This document shows positions 53,789-62,822 of a stretch of DNA of 64,000 nt, in pieces. Both the position numbers and the translations under genes were made by a program. The stretch's first letter is position 1, and each line of letters begins with the position of its first letter. The notes below the pieces were generated by a model. The model was not told the DNA's origin. It did no database searches and saw nothing but the letters and a program-made list of their open reading frames with translations. Source of the stretch: Truepera sp. (lineage in GTDB: Bacteria > Deinococcota > Deinococci > Deinococcales > Trueperaceae); contig CBDCKW010000009.1 of the NCBI GenBank assembly GCA_965218435.1, forward strand, positions 928,001-992,000, in the 5' to 3' direction.

Positions 53789-55491
53789 TGCTCTACCGCT
53801 TCATTTTGAAACAAGGGCTTCATAGCGTGTGGGCGCTCTTTCGCCGCCTCTGCTTTTTGTTCCGTATCCGATGTGGGCACCGGGGGCAAGTTCGTAACGT
53901 TAAGGCTGTAATCATCCTTGCCAAACTCACAGCGGTGCAGCACAGCCTGCGGAATCTTCTTTAAGGTCAAGTTCGGAAAGTGCGACACATCCGCACGCCA
54001 CGCGCTGCAACAGATGAGCAGCGTGCGCGTCTCGCCTACTTCATCGGAAAGCACCATCAACTGCTCATGGGTCAGGGTTTGCGTCGTCACATAGATAAAG
54101 TCGTGTTCAGTTGAGGAGCCCTGCTGCCAGTACACCGTTTTGCTTGGGCTATATCTAAACCCCTCGTGTTTGCACACGGCTTCCGCTAGCATCTCAGCTC
54201 TGTAGTCCTTATTGATGACCCAGTTGTCCCACTTGTCGCGCGTGAGCAGTGAGGGTGCCAGCTTAAAGTAGCGAAAGCCGCCCCCACCTTTCCAGCCCAC
54301 CGCCTCAGTGATACCGCCCGCATCGGCACCGTTGATAACCTTTTTCAGACGGGGAATGATATGCGTGTGACAGTGCTCGCCAAGCTCGACCATAATCCAG
54401 CGCCGACCCATCTTGTGCGCCACTGCACCAGTAGTTCCGGAACCTCCGAAACTATCTAGTGTCAGGTCGCCTTTTTCCGTAGCGACATCGAAAATTCGCT
54501 CGATGAGCTGTTCCGGTTTGGGAGTCTCAAACGGGTTAACGTTCGGCAGTAACGCCCGTTGGTGGGCTTTGGCCTGTCTAGTGGTTTGTAAATCACCCCA
54601 GATAGTAGGAAACGGTCTCGATGGATTGTCCGGCGCGTACTCCCGCGTGTAGGGCACCCATCTCTCTTCTCCTGCTATCACGCGCCGCTTCCAGATGAGT
54701 AAATTATTTTCTACCATCGAAAGAACAGACTTTTTTCCAGACGCCCAGCGTGCTGGGCGTCCGTCGTCATGCGTCGGATACACCTCATTACCATCCGGGT
54801 CTAATATTGGAAAGTACATCGATGGTCTATCTTCGCGCAGGCTGTTTTTTCCATTTTTTTTGAGCAGTCGATCTCTATACGGTATTTCGGAAGTTTCATC
54901 CGGCGCACGGTAGGCATTCAGAATATTTGCGTCTGATTTTCGCCCAAATTTAACGCCATTTGGTTGTTTGGTATAGCAGAGGAGATATTCGTGATCCGGT
55001 GTTATCGAAACTTTATTGTCGTTAGGACTGTCTACTTTTCTCCAGATAAAAGTCGTGACGAAGTTGGCGCGTCCGAAAATCTCGTCCATCATCACTTTTA
55101 GATATGCGTGTTCGTTGTCGTCGCAGTGTGCCCATATAGAGCCACTGTTAGAAAGAAGACTGTGCAAGATGGTCAAGCGGTCACGCATGAGTGACAGCCA
55201 AACAGAATGTTCTAGACCGTCGTCGTATTGTTCAAACGCTTGCTGGGTGTTGAAAGGCGGGTCGATGTAAATACATTTGACCTTACCTGCAAATTCCTGC
55301 TCTAACGCCTTAAGCGCCAGCAGGTTATCCCCGAAAATCAGTCGATTATCAAACTGGTCGGCGTCGCCATAGCTGTAATCAGCATGATACGAAAGCTTTT
55401 GGTCTTCTACTAGAATGCGCGGTTCTGGGCGCTGTCGGTCGTCTTTTCCTACCCAAGTCAGCTCGAGTTTGTTTCGGTGTATAGTGAGCAT
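53785..55491 (-). CDS. mod: Type III DNA methyltransferase Mod subunit
   Basis: GDNLLAL, IDPPF, DSFGGSGTT; 4-nt overlap with res. Confidence 0.92.
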   Translation of the reverse strand: MLTIHRNKLELTWVGKDDRQRPEPRILVEDQKLSYHADYSYGDADQFDNRLIFGDNLLALKALEQEFAGKVKCIYIDPPFNTQQAFEQYDDGLEHSVWLSLMRDRLTILHSLLSNSGSIWAHCDDNEHAYLKVMMDEIFGRANFVTTFIWRKVDSPNDNKVSITPDHEYLLCYTKQPNGVKFGRKSDANILNAYRAPDETSEIPYRDRLLKKNGKNSLREDRPSMYFPILDPDGNEVYPTHDDGRPARWASGKKSVLSMVENNLLIWKRRVIAGEERWVPYTREYAPDNPSRPFPTIWGDLQTTRQAKAHQRALLPNVNPFETPKPEQLIERIFDVATEKGDLTLDSFGGSGTTGAVAHKMGRRWIMVELGEHCHTHIIPRLKKVINGADAGGITEAVGWKGGGGFRYFKLAPSLLTRDKWDNWVINKDYRAEMLAEAVCKHEGFRYSPSKTVYWQQGSSTEHDFIYVTTQTLTHEQLMVLSDEVGETRTLLICCSAWRADVSHFPNLTLKKIPQAVLHRCEFGKDDYSLNVTNLPPVPTSDTEQKAEAAKERPHAMKPLFQNEAVEQ

Positions 55492-55640
55492 AATGTACCT
55501 CGAAAGATATAAATCAGTCGAGTCGGTCAGCGTATGCGATTTCATTTCTGGTCAATACGTTTAAGAAATTTTACTTTTTACCCACGAATAAATCTATGAG
55601 TTACTTAAGTTTCGGCACAGGCTTGACGAAAACTTCAGAC

Positions 55641-57600
55641 AATTATACTTTTACTGTAGGTACCTACCAAGAGTATACTTAAGGCATGGAACGGTACACG
55701 CTTAAACAGTTCATGCTTGAATTTCCTGATGATGCCGTGTGCTTAGCGTGGCTCAAAAACTATCGCTGGGCTGATGGTATCTATTGCGAGAAATGCGGAC
55801 GTGTAACTAAGCATCACCTCGTTCTTAGCCGCAGGTCGTTCAGCTGCCAAGAATGTGGTCATCACGTACATCCAACGGCTAACACTATCTTTCATAAGTC
55901 CTCAACCTCCCTGACTCAGTGGTTTTACGCTGTGTTCCTAATGGCCTCAACCCGTTGCGGTATCAGTGCCAAGCAGGTAGAGCGTGAGTTAGGCGTGACG
56001 TACAAGACTGCATGGCGTATGTGTAAGCTTATTCGTGACCGCCTAGCCGATGATAGCGACCCGTTTAAGGGTGATAACGGCGACGTTGAGGCCAATGAAA
56101 CCTATGTGGGTGGTAAGACTCTAGGTGGCAAACGCGGACGCGATGCCGAAAAGAAAACCGCTGAGTTTAGCGTGGTATAGCGTCAAAGCGGCGTGAAAGT
56201 CATAGTTGTACTCGACGTGAAGCGCAAAACCGTCATGCCGCTGCTCGAGAATGCGGTAGAAAAGGGTGCCCTCGTTCATACGGACGAATTCGTGATTTAC
56301 GACAACCTGCTCGAAAAAGGTTATAAGCACGAGCGCATTATGCACGAGTTAAAGGTGTATGTGAATGACGACGTACATACCAACACCATTGAAGGTTTTT
56401 GGGCGCTCGTCAAGACAGGCATCGTAGGTGTCTTTCATGGCATTAGTGCTACCTGCAAAGCTACCTAAATGAATACGCCTTCCGGTGGTTATACCGGAAG
56501 GACGATACGCCGATGTTTAGAAGCCTTATGAAACAAGCAGGCGTAAAGGCAGTCTAGTTTTTACCAACTACTTTTTCCAGTGCTGTTTGGAACTCGCCTC
56601 GGGTGAAATTTGCGTTGCTCAAAGCTTCCCCGTCCTCAACATCGTCTGGATCTAGCACTTGCTGCAAACCATTCTGTACAGGCTTTGCTTGGTCGATAAA
56701 ACGCATAAACTGGTTCCAGTTTCTGCTAACCATCATCAGTGTTACTACAGAGTCTAGATGTTCGTGAAGGCGTAACCGGCCTTGTTCTTGAGTTAGGGAT
56801 TGGTGATACTTTGCTTTTGGACGTCCCTTGTCGTTTCGGGGCGTTATTTCACGTAGAGCGTCTAAAACGTAAGGTGCCAAACGGGAGTAGACAATATCAT
56901 TAGTGATATGTCCAATAACAGCGGGTCTATTTCTAGGTACCACATCATCGTACTGCCATCCTTTGAGACGATAAAGCTGTTTATAAAACTCGTCGGGGAA
57001 CGTTTTTTGCCATTTCCGCAAGTCTTTAGCTATCCAATCTTCTAAAAGCTGCTCCAACGCTTGGCGCGGTCTCGAGTATTGATAACCTGTTGCCTCGTCA
57101 ACTAGGGCAACAATCCCGAGCTTAGCAAAAGCTCTTACTAAAACTTCACACCTGGCGGCAATCGCTAATTGTGCCCCCTTCAAAACACCTGCTTCACGAG
57201 CCTTCAAGTAAACCTCACAGACTTCGGGCAAGAGTTCTGCCCGGTATCCAAAAGCCTTCACTCCGGTGTCTGGATAGCGAAAAAGTATAGGTTTACTCGA
57301 GGCCCTCAATTCGCGTGCTACAAAGGGTTGAAGGTTCCTTGCGCTGATAAAAAAGGGGGTTTCCTCGACTACCGACGCGCCCGTTCCGCCAGGTGGCGTA
57401 GCACTACGCCTAAGAGCAGTTAAGAAACTGCCTTGAGATAGCACTCGAATACCATCTTTTAAGACAGCACACGAAATACCAATATCGGCAATTTTAAGCG
57501 TACCCACGTGCATACCTTCATGTAGCGGTTCTATCTCTAGGCTCTTTTGTTCCATGCAATCACATTAGCAGACTTAATTACCTACAGTCAAGGGATAGCC
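55641..57600 (+). mobile_element. IS1595 family transporter IS: broken transposase (55686-~56550) plus passenger gene
   Basis: Zn ribbon, KTAWRM, TDE, NTIEGFW; imperfect IRs sharing ACTGTAGGTA. Confidence 0.8.
56554..57555 (-). CDS. P63C domain protein
   Basis: LGIVALVDEATGYQ, WQKTFPDEFYKQLYRL, IVYSRLAP. Confidence 0.88.
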   Translation of the reverse strand: MEQKSLEIEPLHEGMHVGTLKIADIGISCAVLKDGIRVLSQGSFLTALRRSATPPGGTGASVVEETPFFISARNLQPFVARELRASSKPILFRYPDTGVKAFGYRAELLPEVCEVYLKAREAGVLKGAQLAIAARCEVLVRAFAKLGIVALVDEATGYQYSRPRQALEQLLEDWIAKDLRKWQKTFPDEFYKQLYRLKGWQYDDVVPRNRPAVIGHITNDIVYSRLAPYVLDALREITPRNDKGRPKAKYHQSLTQEQGRLRLHEHLDSVVTLMMVSRNWNQFMRFIDQAKPVQNGLQQVLDPDDVEDGEALSNANFTRGEFQTALEKVVGKN

Positions 57601-58137
57601 AACAAACTTTAAGCAGCACATGTTTCGCTTTGAAGATAGAGTCGGCAAACTTTACCTAGTGTAAAAAAGATCTCACCTTCTTCTAGCGAGGTTTCTTTTT
57701 TGCGGTACTGCGTCCGGCGCGTTTTCTTCCAAGTGCGCTGGGTTTTAACCAAAATGTCATCGTAAGTGGTGGGCAACCCTGCGCCGCCTTTTCCGTTACG
57801 AAGCCGCGAGCGAAACGGGCCGTAGTCGCGTTCGATCTCGGCAAGCTAGGTGTGAAAGAGTGCGTCGTAGCGCTTTTTCCGTGTTGTTCTAGGTGCTCGA
57901 AAAAACATAAGACCCTCCTTTGGTCTTACGTCTCCTCGAGTGCAGCGTTGTAAGCCTGCATGTTCTCCTCCTTGAGTTTAGGTTACGGCTTTTTGAGCGA
58001 GCGGTGTTCCAAACGAGCGAGAGCGGTACGGAACTGTTTATTTAAGCTGAGTAGTGCGAAAAGGCTGTTGTAGGGGAAGCGTGCTTGTACTCTAATCCCA
58101 TAACTCGAGCAAAACCGACCTTCCACTATGGTAGCGG

Positions 58138-58896
58138 TCAAGTTTGATCATCAAATAAAGATTCAAACATTCCTAAGTTCTTCGGCAGTGGGGGAGGCTT
58201 TACTGTTTCCGATTTTTTCATGGTGGCGTCGCTTTTGGGTGGTGAGCTTTCGTCTATTCCTTCTAGGGTGACTGCTTTCTCTAGTGGGCTTTGGTTCTCT
58301 GGCGTAGTGGGCACATCGACAACTTGCGGTTCGGTTTCTTCCAACTGTTCTGGTTTTGCTTTGCTGCCCTTCTGAATTGTAAAAGCTTTTTCCTCGGTGG
58401 GTTCGGGCTGGAGGTTAGCTTCAGGTTCTGGGGGAACCTTGATGTCACCCCTTCTAACCTTTTCTCGGTAACGGGACGCGGTAGCTGTGTGTATCGGCTT
58501 CTCGAGCTCCCTTTCTATGAACTCACAAATGACTTTGAGCGGCGTGTCGATGCCGCGTTCGTGAAGAAATCTTGCCAGGATGCCTTGCTGCGTCTCGCTT
58601 AGCGCACCGGGCCGCCCAGCACCGGGCCGCTTGGTCGAGCGGGTAAATATCTCTGTGTCGTCACGGTTGTAATCGCGTACAATCTGCCCCACCCTCGACG
58701 CTGAATAACCGGTCTTTTTGGCAATCCATCTTGCGGTCACACGCTTCGTGGTTCCCTCACCCTGCGGGAGCATAAGCGTAGGGGCTTGATAAACCAAACA
58801 GAGCACAAGCCACCGTCTTCTTACACTTCTGAAGTCGGCTGTCGCCGCCTGAACCAAAGCCTCAGCTAGATCGAATGGACTGGTAATCTCGAGCAT
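58138..58896 (-). CDS. HTH protein resembling the IS630-type DNA-binding region, with a disordered acidic tail
   Basis: IAKKTGYSASRVGQIVRDYN..GAGRPGALS; no DDE domain. Confidence 0.6.
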   Translation of the reverse strand: MLEITSPFDLAEALVQAATADFRSVRRRWLVLCLVYQAPTLMLPQGEGTTKRVTARWIAKKTGYSASRVGQIVRDYNRDDTEIFTRSTKRPGAGRPGALSETQQGILARFLHERGIDTPLKVICEFIERELEKPIHTATASRYREKVRRGDIKVPPEPEANLQPEPTEEKAFTIQKGSKAKPEQLEETEPQVVDVPTTPENQSPLEKAVTLEGIDESSPPKSDATMKKSETVKPPPLPKNLGMFESLFDDQT

Positions 58897-59015
58897 TTTA
58901 CCTCAAAAAGTAAATTGAATTTTGCAAACCTATTTTAATCCCGTATCAATCGTGATAAATCATAACCCATTGAAACAATTCAGAAACTTGCTGACTTGGG
59001 CGGGACACTCGGTGC

Positions 59016-59234
59016 GTGATTGACTCACAGAACATCCCTACATCCGCGAAGGTCAACCAACCCGTCCTCCTCACCGTGCGCCAAGCCGCCAAGATACTGA
59101 ACTTGGGTATCAACCGCACCTACGGGCTTGCCAATGCGGGCGTTCTACCGTGCATTCGGATTGGCAACACCCTCCGTATTCCTGCTACGGCATTAGAGCA
59201 GTGGATTCAAGACAACATCGGAAAGAAGTTTTGA
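59016..59234 (+). CDS. Excisionase-like HTH protein
   Basis: LLTVRQAAKIL..LPCIRIG..RIP...LEQWI. Confidence 0.85.
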   Translation: MIDSQNIPTSAKVNQPVLLTVRQAAKILNLGINRTYGLANAGVLPCIRIGNTLRIPATALEQWIQDNIGKKF

Positions 59235-59235
59235 G

Positions 59236-60132
59236 GTGGCTGATGTTGCAGTGCTCAAGGCTGCCATTCTCTTCGCCGAACTCGTCAGCGAAACGCATGA
59301 GTTTGGGCGTAACGGTAAGGTGCTGTGCCCGGTTCACGACGACCGCAACCCAAGCTGCCATATTTACCCGGACAGCTTTTACTGCTTTGCGTGTGGGGCT
59401 CACGGCGACGCTGTGGACTGGCTCGAGGCGGTTTACAACCTCGACACTGCCGAAGCCATACGAGACCTCGAGCAGCGTGCAGGCGGTGCGGTAGGCGTTA
59501 CGCTAACCCGCGTACCTGTCAAAGTTGCCAAACCTGCCCCCACCTTCAAACCGGTTGCACCAGAGGTGCTCGAGCGCCACTACCGCCAAGCCGCCCAGTT
59601 ATGCCGCGTTCCCCTTTCAATGGCGGGGCGCGGGTTTACCTTGGGGGACTTACAACAGCTCGGCTTCCGCGCTGAACGGGACGACGCGCTTTTTCCCGTA
59701 TTCGGCCCGAGCGGAACCGTTCTTAACATCAAGCGTCGCAAAGCGCATCCGAAAACCAAAAACGACCGCTTCATCGGGCTGGCAGGTCACGGTAGTCCGG
59801 CGTGGTGCTCACCAGGCTTTTTGAACCATAACGAAGTGCTTGTAATTGAAGGGGAGTTAAACGCGATGGCATGTTCCTTAGTACGACCTGACTTGGGTGT
59901 CATGGGTGTAGCAGGTAGTGGTGGAAAACCACACCTTGACGTACTCAAAGGCCGCACCGCTTACGTTTATGGCGACGACGATGAGGCAGGTCAAGAAGCG
60001 CGTGATAAGTGGGCGACGCAGGCGCTCGAGGCGGGTGCTTGCAAGGTTTACACCCTTGACCCATGGCCTATGGATGCGTGCGATATAGCAGGTCAAGAGG
60101 GCCGTACTGCCCTCAGAAAGCTTTTGGAATGA
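59236..60132 (+). CDS. CHC2 zinc-finger/TOPRIM primase
   Basis: CPVHDDRNPS..FYCFAC, EGELNA, DDDEAG. Confidence 0.88.
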   Translation: MADVAVLKAAILFAELVSETHEFGRNGKVLCPVHDDRNPSCHIYPDSFYCFACGAHGDAVDWLEAVYNLDTAEAIRDLEQRAGGAVGVTLTRVPVKVAKPAPTFKPVAPEVLERHYRQAAQLCRVPLSMAGRGFTLGDLQQLGFRAERDDALFPVFGPSGTVLNIKRRKAHPKTKNDRFIGLAGHGSPAWCSPGFLNHNEVLVIEGELNAMACSLVRPDLGVMGVAGSGGKPHLDVLKGRTAYVYGDDDEAGQEARDKWATQALEAGACKVYTLDPWPMDACDIAGQEGRTALRKLLE

Positions 60133-61673
60133 AAGGGGCGACCGAAGTGAAGCTGCCCGAATGGGAAGCCTTGCTCGAGCTACCCAAATCCGTACCTGAA
60201 GTACCGACCCTACCTGCTGAAATGATACCCGAGCCGTTGCGCCCGTGGGTTGACGATGGAGCCGAACGGCTCTGTGTTCACCGCGAATACATCGCCATAC
60301 CCGTTCTGGTTTCGCTCAGTGCAGTGGTTGGGCGCACCGTCGGGATTCACCCTAAACAGTATGACGACTGGCTCGAGGTGCCGAACTTATGGGGCGCACC
60401 AGTAGGCCCACCGTCGTCGAAAAAGTCCCCAGCTATGGCTGAAGGCACCGCACCTTTAGACCGTCTTGCAGCCCTCTCTGCTGAAGCCTACGCCAACGCC
60501 CAAGCCGAGCGTGAAGCCGACGCCGAGATCATCAAACTCGAGCTTGAAACTATCAAAAAACAGGCACGGAAAAAGGGTGCCAAGCCTGGAGATTTTCGGG
60601 ACGAACTACAAACCAAGTTAAGTGAACTCGAAGAGAACGACGTACCCGAACGCCGCTACCTTACGAACGATGGCACCATCGAAAAGATTGCTGAACTGCT
60701 AAAAGCAAACCCACGCGGCCTACTCGTCAAACGAGATGAGCTGATCGGGCTCTTGCGAACCTGCGATAAAGCAGGGCACGAAACCGACCGCGCTTTTTAT
60801 CTCGAGGCTTGGAACGGCAAAGGACGCCACACCATCGACCGGGTAGGTAAAGGCACGTTTCATATTCCGGCGTTGACCCTGGCAGTGTTGGGCGGGATTC
60901 AGCCGGGGCCGTTAGCGAGCTATGTACGCGGCGCAGTTGACGGTGAGGGAGGCGCTGACGGACTCTTACAGCGTTTTCAGCTGCTTGTTTGGCCCGACCG
61001 TCAGCGGCCTTACGTCAACGTTGACCGCTGCGCTGACACCGCCGCTAAGAGCCGTGCTTTTGAGATATTCGAGTTTTTAGACTCGAAAACGGGCGAAGAA
61101 CTCGGCGCAAAAAAAGATGAGCTGAATCCGGACAGTATCCCGGCACTGCGCTTTAGCCCACAAGCTCAAGGGCTCTTTAACGACTGGCTCGAGTCGCTGA
61201 TGGGGCGCTTGCTCTCGCCCGAACTGGAGGCGACCCCGGCGTTTCATGCACACCTCAGTAAGTACCCGTCACTTATGCCAAGTTTGGCGCTGCTCTTTCA
61301 TCTGGTAGACGTTGCCGACGGTAGAGCATCCGGCCCGGTCTCGGCAGACGCCGCCGATCTTGCTATCAACTGGTGTGACTTTCTGGAGTTACACGCGCGA
61401 AAGCTTTACGCCCTAGAACTCAACCGTGAAGCCGCGAGCGTCCATGCTTTAGCAGAGCGGATTGAGCAGGGTGAAGTACAAGACAGTCAAAACGTCTCAG
61501 ACCTTTACCGGCACAAATGGCCCAATCTCAAAACCGCTGACGAAGTAGCCGCTGCACTGGGTGTTCTCGAGTCCTGCCACTGGCTGCGGGTCGAAGAAAT
61601 ACCTAACCCCGGAGCAAGGCCGACAAAACAGATACGTCTGAATCCAAAAACGATAGGTGGTAAGCATGGCTGA
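60129..61673 (+). CDS. DUF3987 (YfjI-like) helicase-type replication protein
   Basis: GPPSSKKS, RDEL, GGIQP, DGLLQRF; ATGA coupling to the primase. Confidence 0.85.
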   Translation: MKGATEVKLPEWEALLELPKSVPEVPTLPAEMIPEPLRPWVDDGAERLCVHREYIAIPVLVSLSAVVGRTVGIHPKQYDDWLEVPNLWGAPVGPPSSKKSPAMAEGTAPLDRLAALSAEAYANAQAEREADAEIIKLELETIKKQARKKGAKPGDFRDELQTKLSELEENDVPERRYLTNDGTIEKIAELLKANPRGLLVKRDELIGLLRTCDKAGHETDRAFYLEAWNGKGRHTIDRVGKGTFHIPALTLAVLGGIQPGPLASYVRGAVDGEGGADGLLQRFQLLVWPDRQRPYVNVDRCADTAAKSRAFEIFEFLDSKTGEELGAKKDELNPDSIPALRFSPQAQGLFNDWLESLMGRLLSPELEATPAFHAHLSKYPSLMPSLALLFHLVDVADGRASGPVSADAADLAINWCDFLELHARKLYALELNREAASVHALAERIEQGEVQDSQNVSDLYRHKWPNLKTADEVAAALGVLESCHWLRVEEIPNPGARPTKQIRLNPKTIGGKHG

Positions 61674-62022
61674 GTTTGTCATGAAGTCTCGAAAGAACGA
61701 GAAGAAAACCCCTGACTTTGAACTCGAAAAACTCGAAAAACCGGACGAAAAGCAGTTATTCGAGTTATTCGAGTCAAAAGTGGAGGATGTCCGTCCCGAA
61801 AGAATAGCGGACACCGTGCCCCGGCTTCCCCGGAAACTCGAGGCACTTGTCAGGGCTGCTGGTAGCAACGTGCTTCCCGAAACGGTGATGCTCAGCTCTG
61901 GGCTCGTACCTGACCTCAACCGTTACGTTCTCGGCTGTGTGGGTAGGTACGTTGTCGGCGACCATGACGAGGCGCTACGGTGTCTTTGGCAAGCTCACTG
62001 TGCGTGGCAGGGTGTGAACTGA
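61666..62022 (+). CDS. Hypothetical protein containing iteron-like repeats
   Basis: Overlaps the DUF3987 stop; GGTGG RBS. Confidence 0.6.
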   Translation: MAEFVMKSRKNEKKTPDFELEKLEKPDEKQLFELFESKVEDVRPERIADTVPRLPRKLEALVRAAGSNVLPETVMLSSGLVPDLNRYVLGCVGRYVVGDHDEALRCLWQAHCAWQGVN

Positions 62023-62123
62023 CGGCCCGAAAAGCCATCCAATTCGGTTCGCCTACTGTTGTCTGACTTGGTGTGAGGTGGCGCTAGCACTGTCATCACC
62101 TAATTACCCACTGAGTTTTTAAG

Positions 62124-62169
62124 GGGATTTTTAGCGCATGTCAATGTTTTGACATGCGCTAAAAATCCC
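62124..62169. repeat. Perfect 21-bp inverted repeat with 4-nt spacer
   Basis: GGGATTTTTAGCGCATGTCAA-TGTT-TTGACATGCGCTAAAAATCCC. Confidence 0.95.
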
Positions 62170-62822
62170 ATATAAAGGACGCTCTACACGTCTTATTACG
62201 GTTTGTGCGGAGCCGTCTTTATAGTTTCCGCACGGTTTAGCTGATAAATAAAGTCTACACTAAACCCAGCTCATACCCCTTGGGCGGCGTCCCAGTTAGC
62301 GGTCTGGGGCGTTTTTACGTTTAACTCCCATCTGTGAGATGTGAAAAAGCTCAGGGGTATAAAATGCGTTTAAGTTGGTAAATTCGTTTACACGTGACGT
62401 GCAACGGTGAGTTGCCGTTGCTAGAAAGGTCAAGCTATGGCGATTGGTCTAAAGTGCCGCGCACCACAAAACAGCACGAAAGAGGTTAAAAGGGCTGTCG
62501 TCCCGGTAAAGTTTTCAAGTTCGGGCACCCCGTATGTAGATAGCTCGGTGTCTGCTATCTCGCCGCAACGCCTCGAGGAACTCGTGCAAGAGCAGATGCG
62601 CCGCCGCGAGCAGACGAACGCCCACCCTAAAAAATAGTGCCGACGGTCAACATTTTTTTGCTGCCGCTTTCGGGCGGCTTTCTTCTGTTCATCGTTCAGC
62701 TTTTATCTTTTGAGGTGTTACCCTTATTTTGCGACATTAGGTAAAACTTAGCTGTGTCACGCACTGTTATCATGAAACAGTAGAAGCAGCACATTTACTT
62801 GACCGAAAGCCGAGAATATATT

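Noticed and set aside
57640..57909. Short phage-type hypothetical gene remnant (minus strand)
   Set aside because: Contains an internal stop and I cannot assign the family with confidence.
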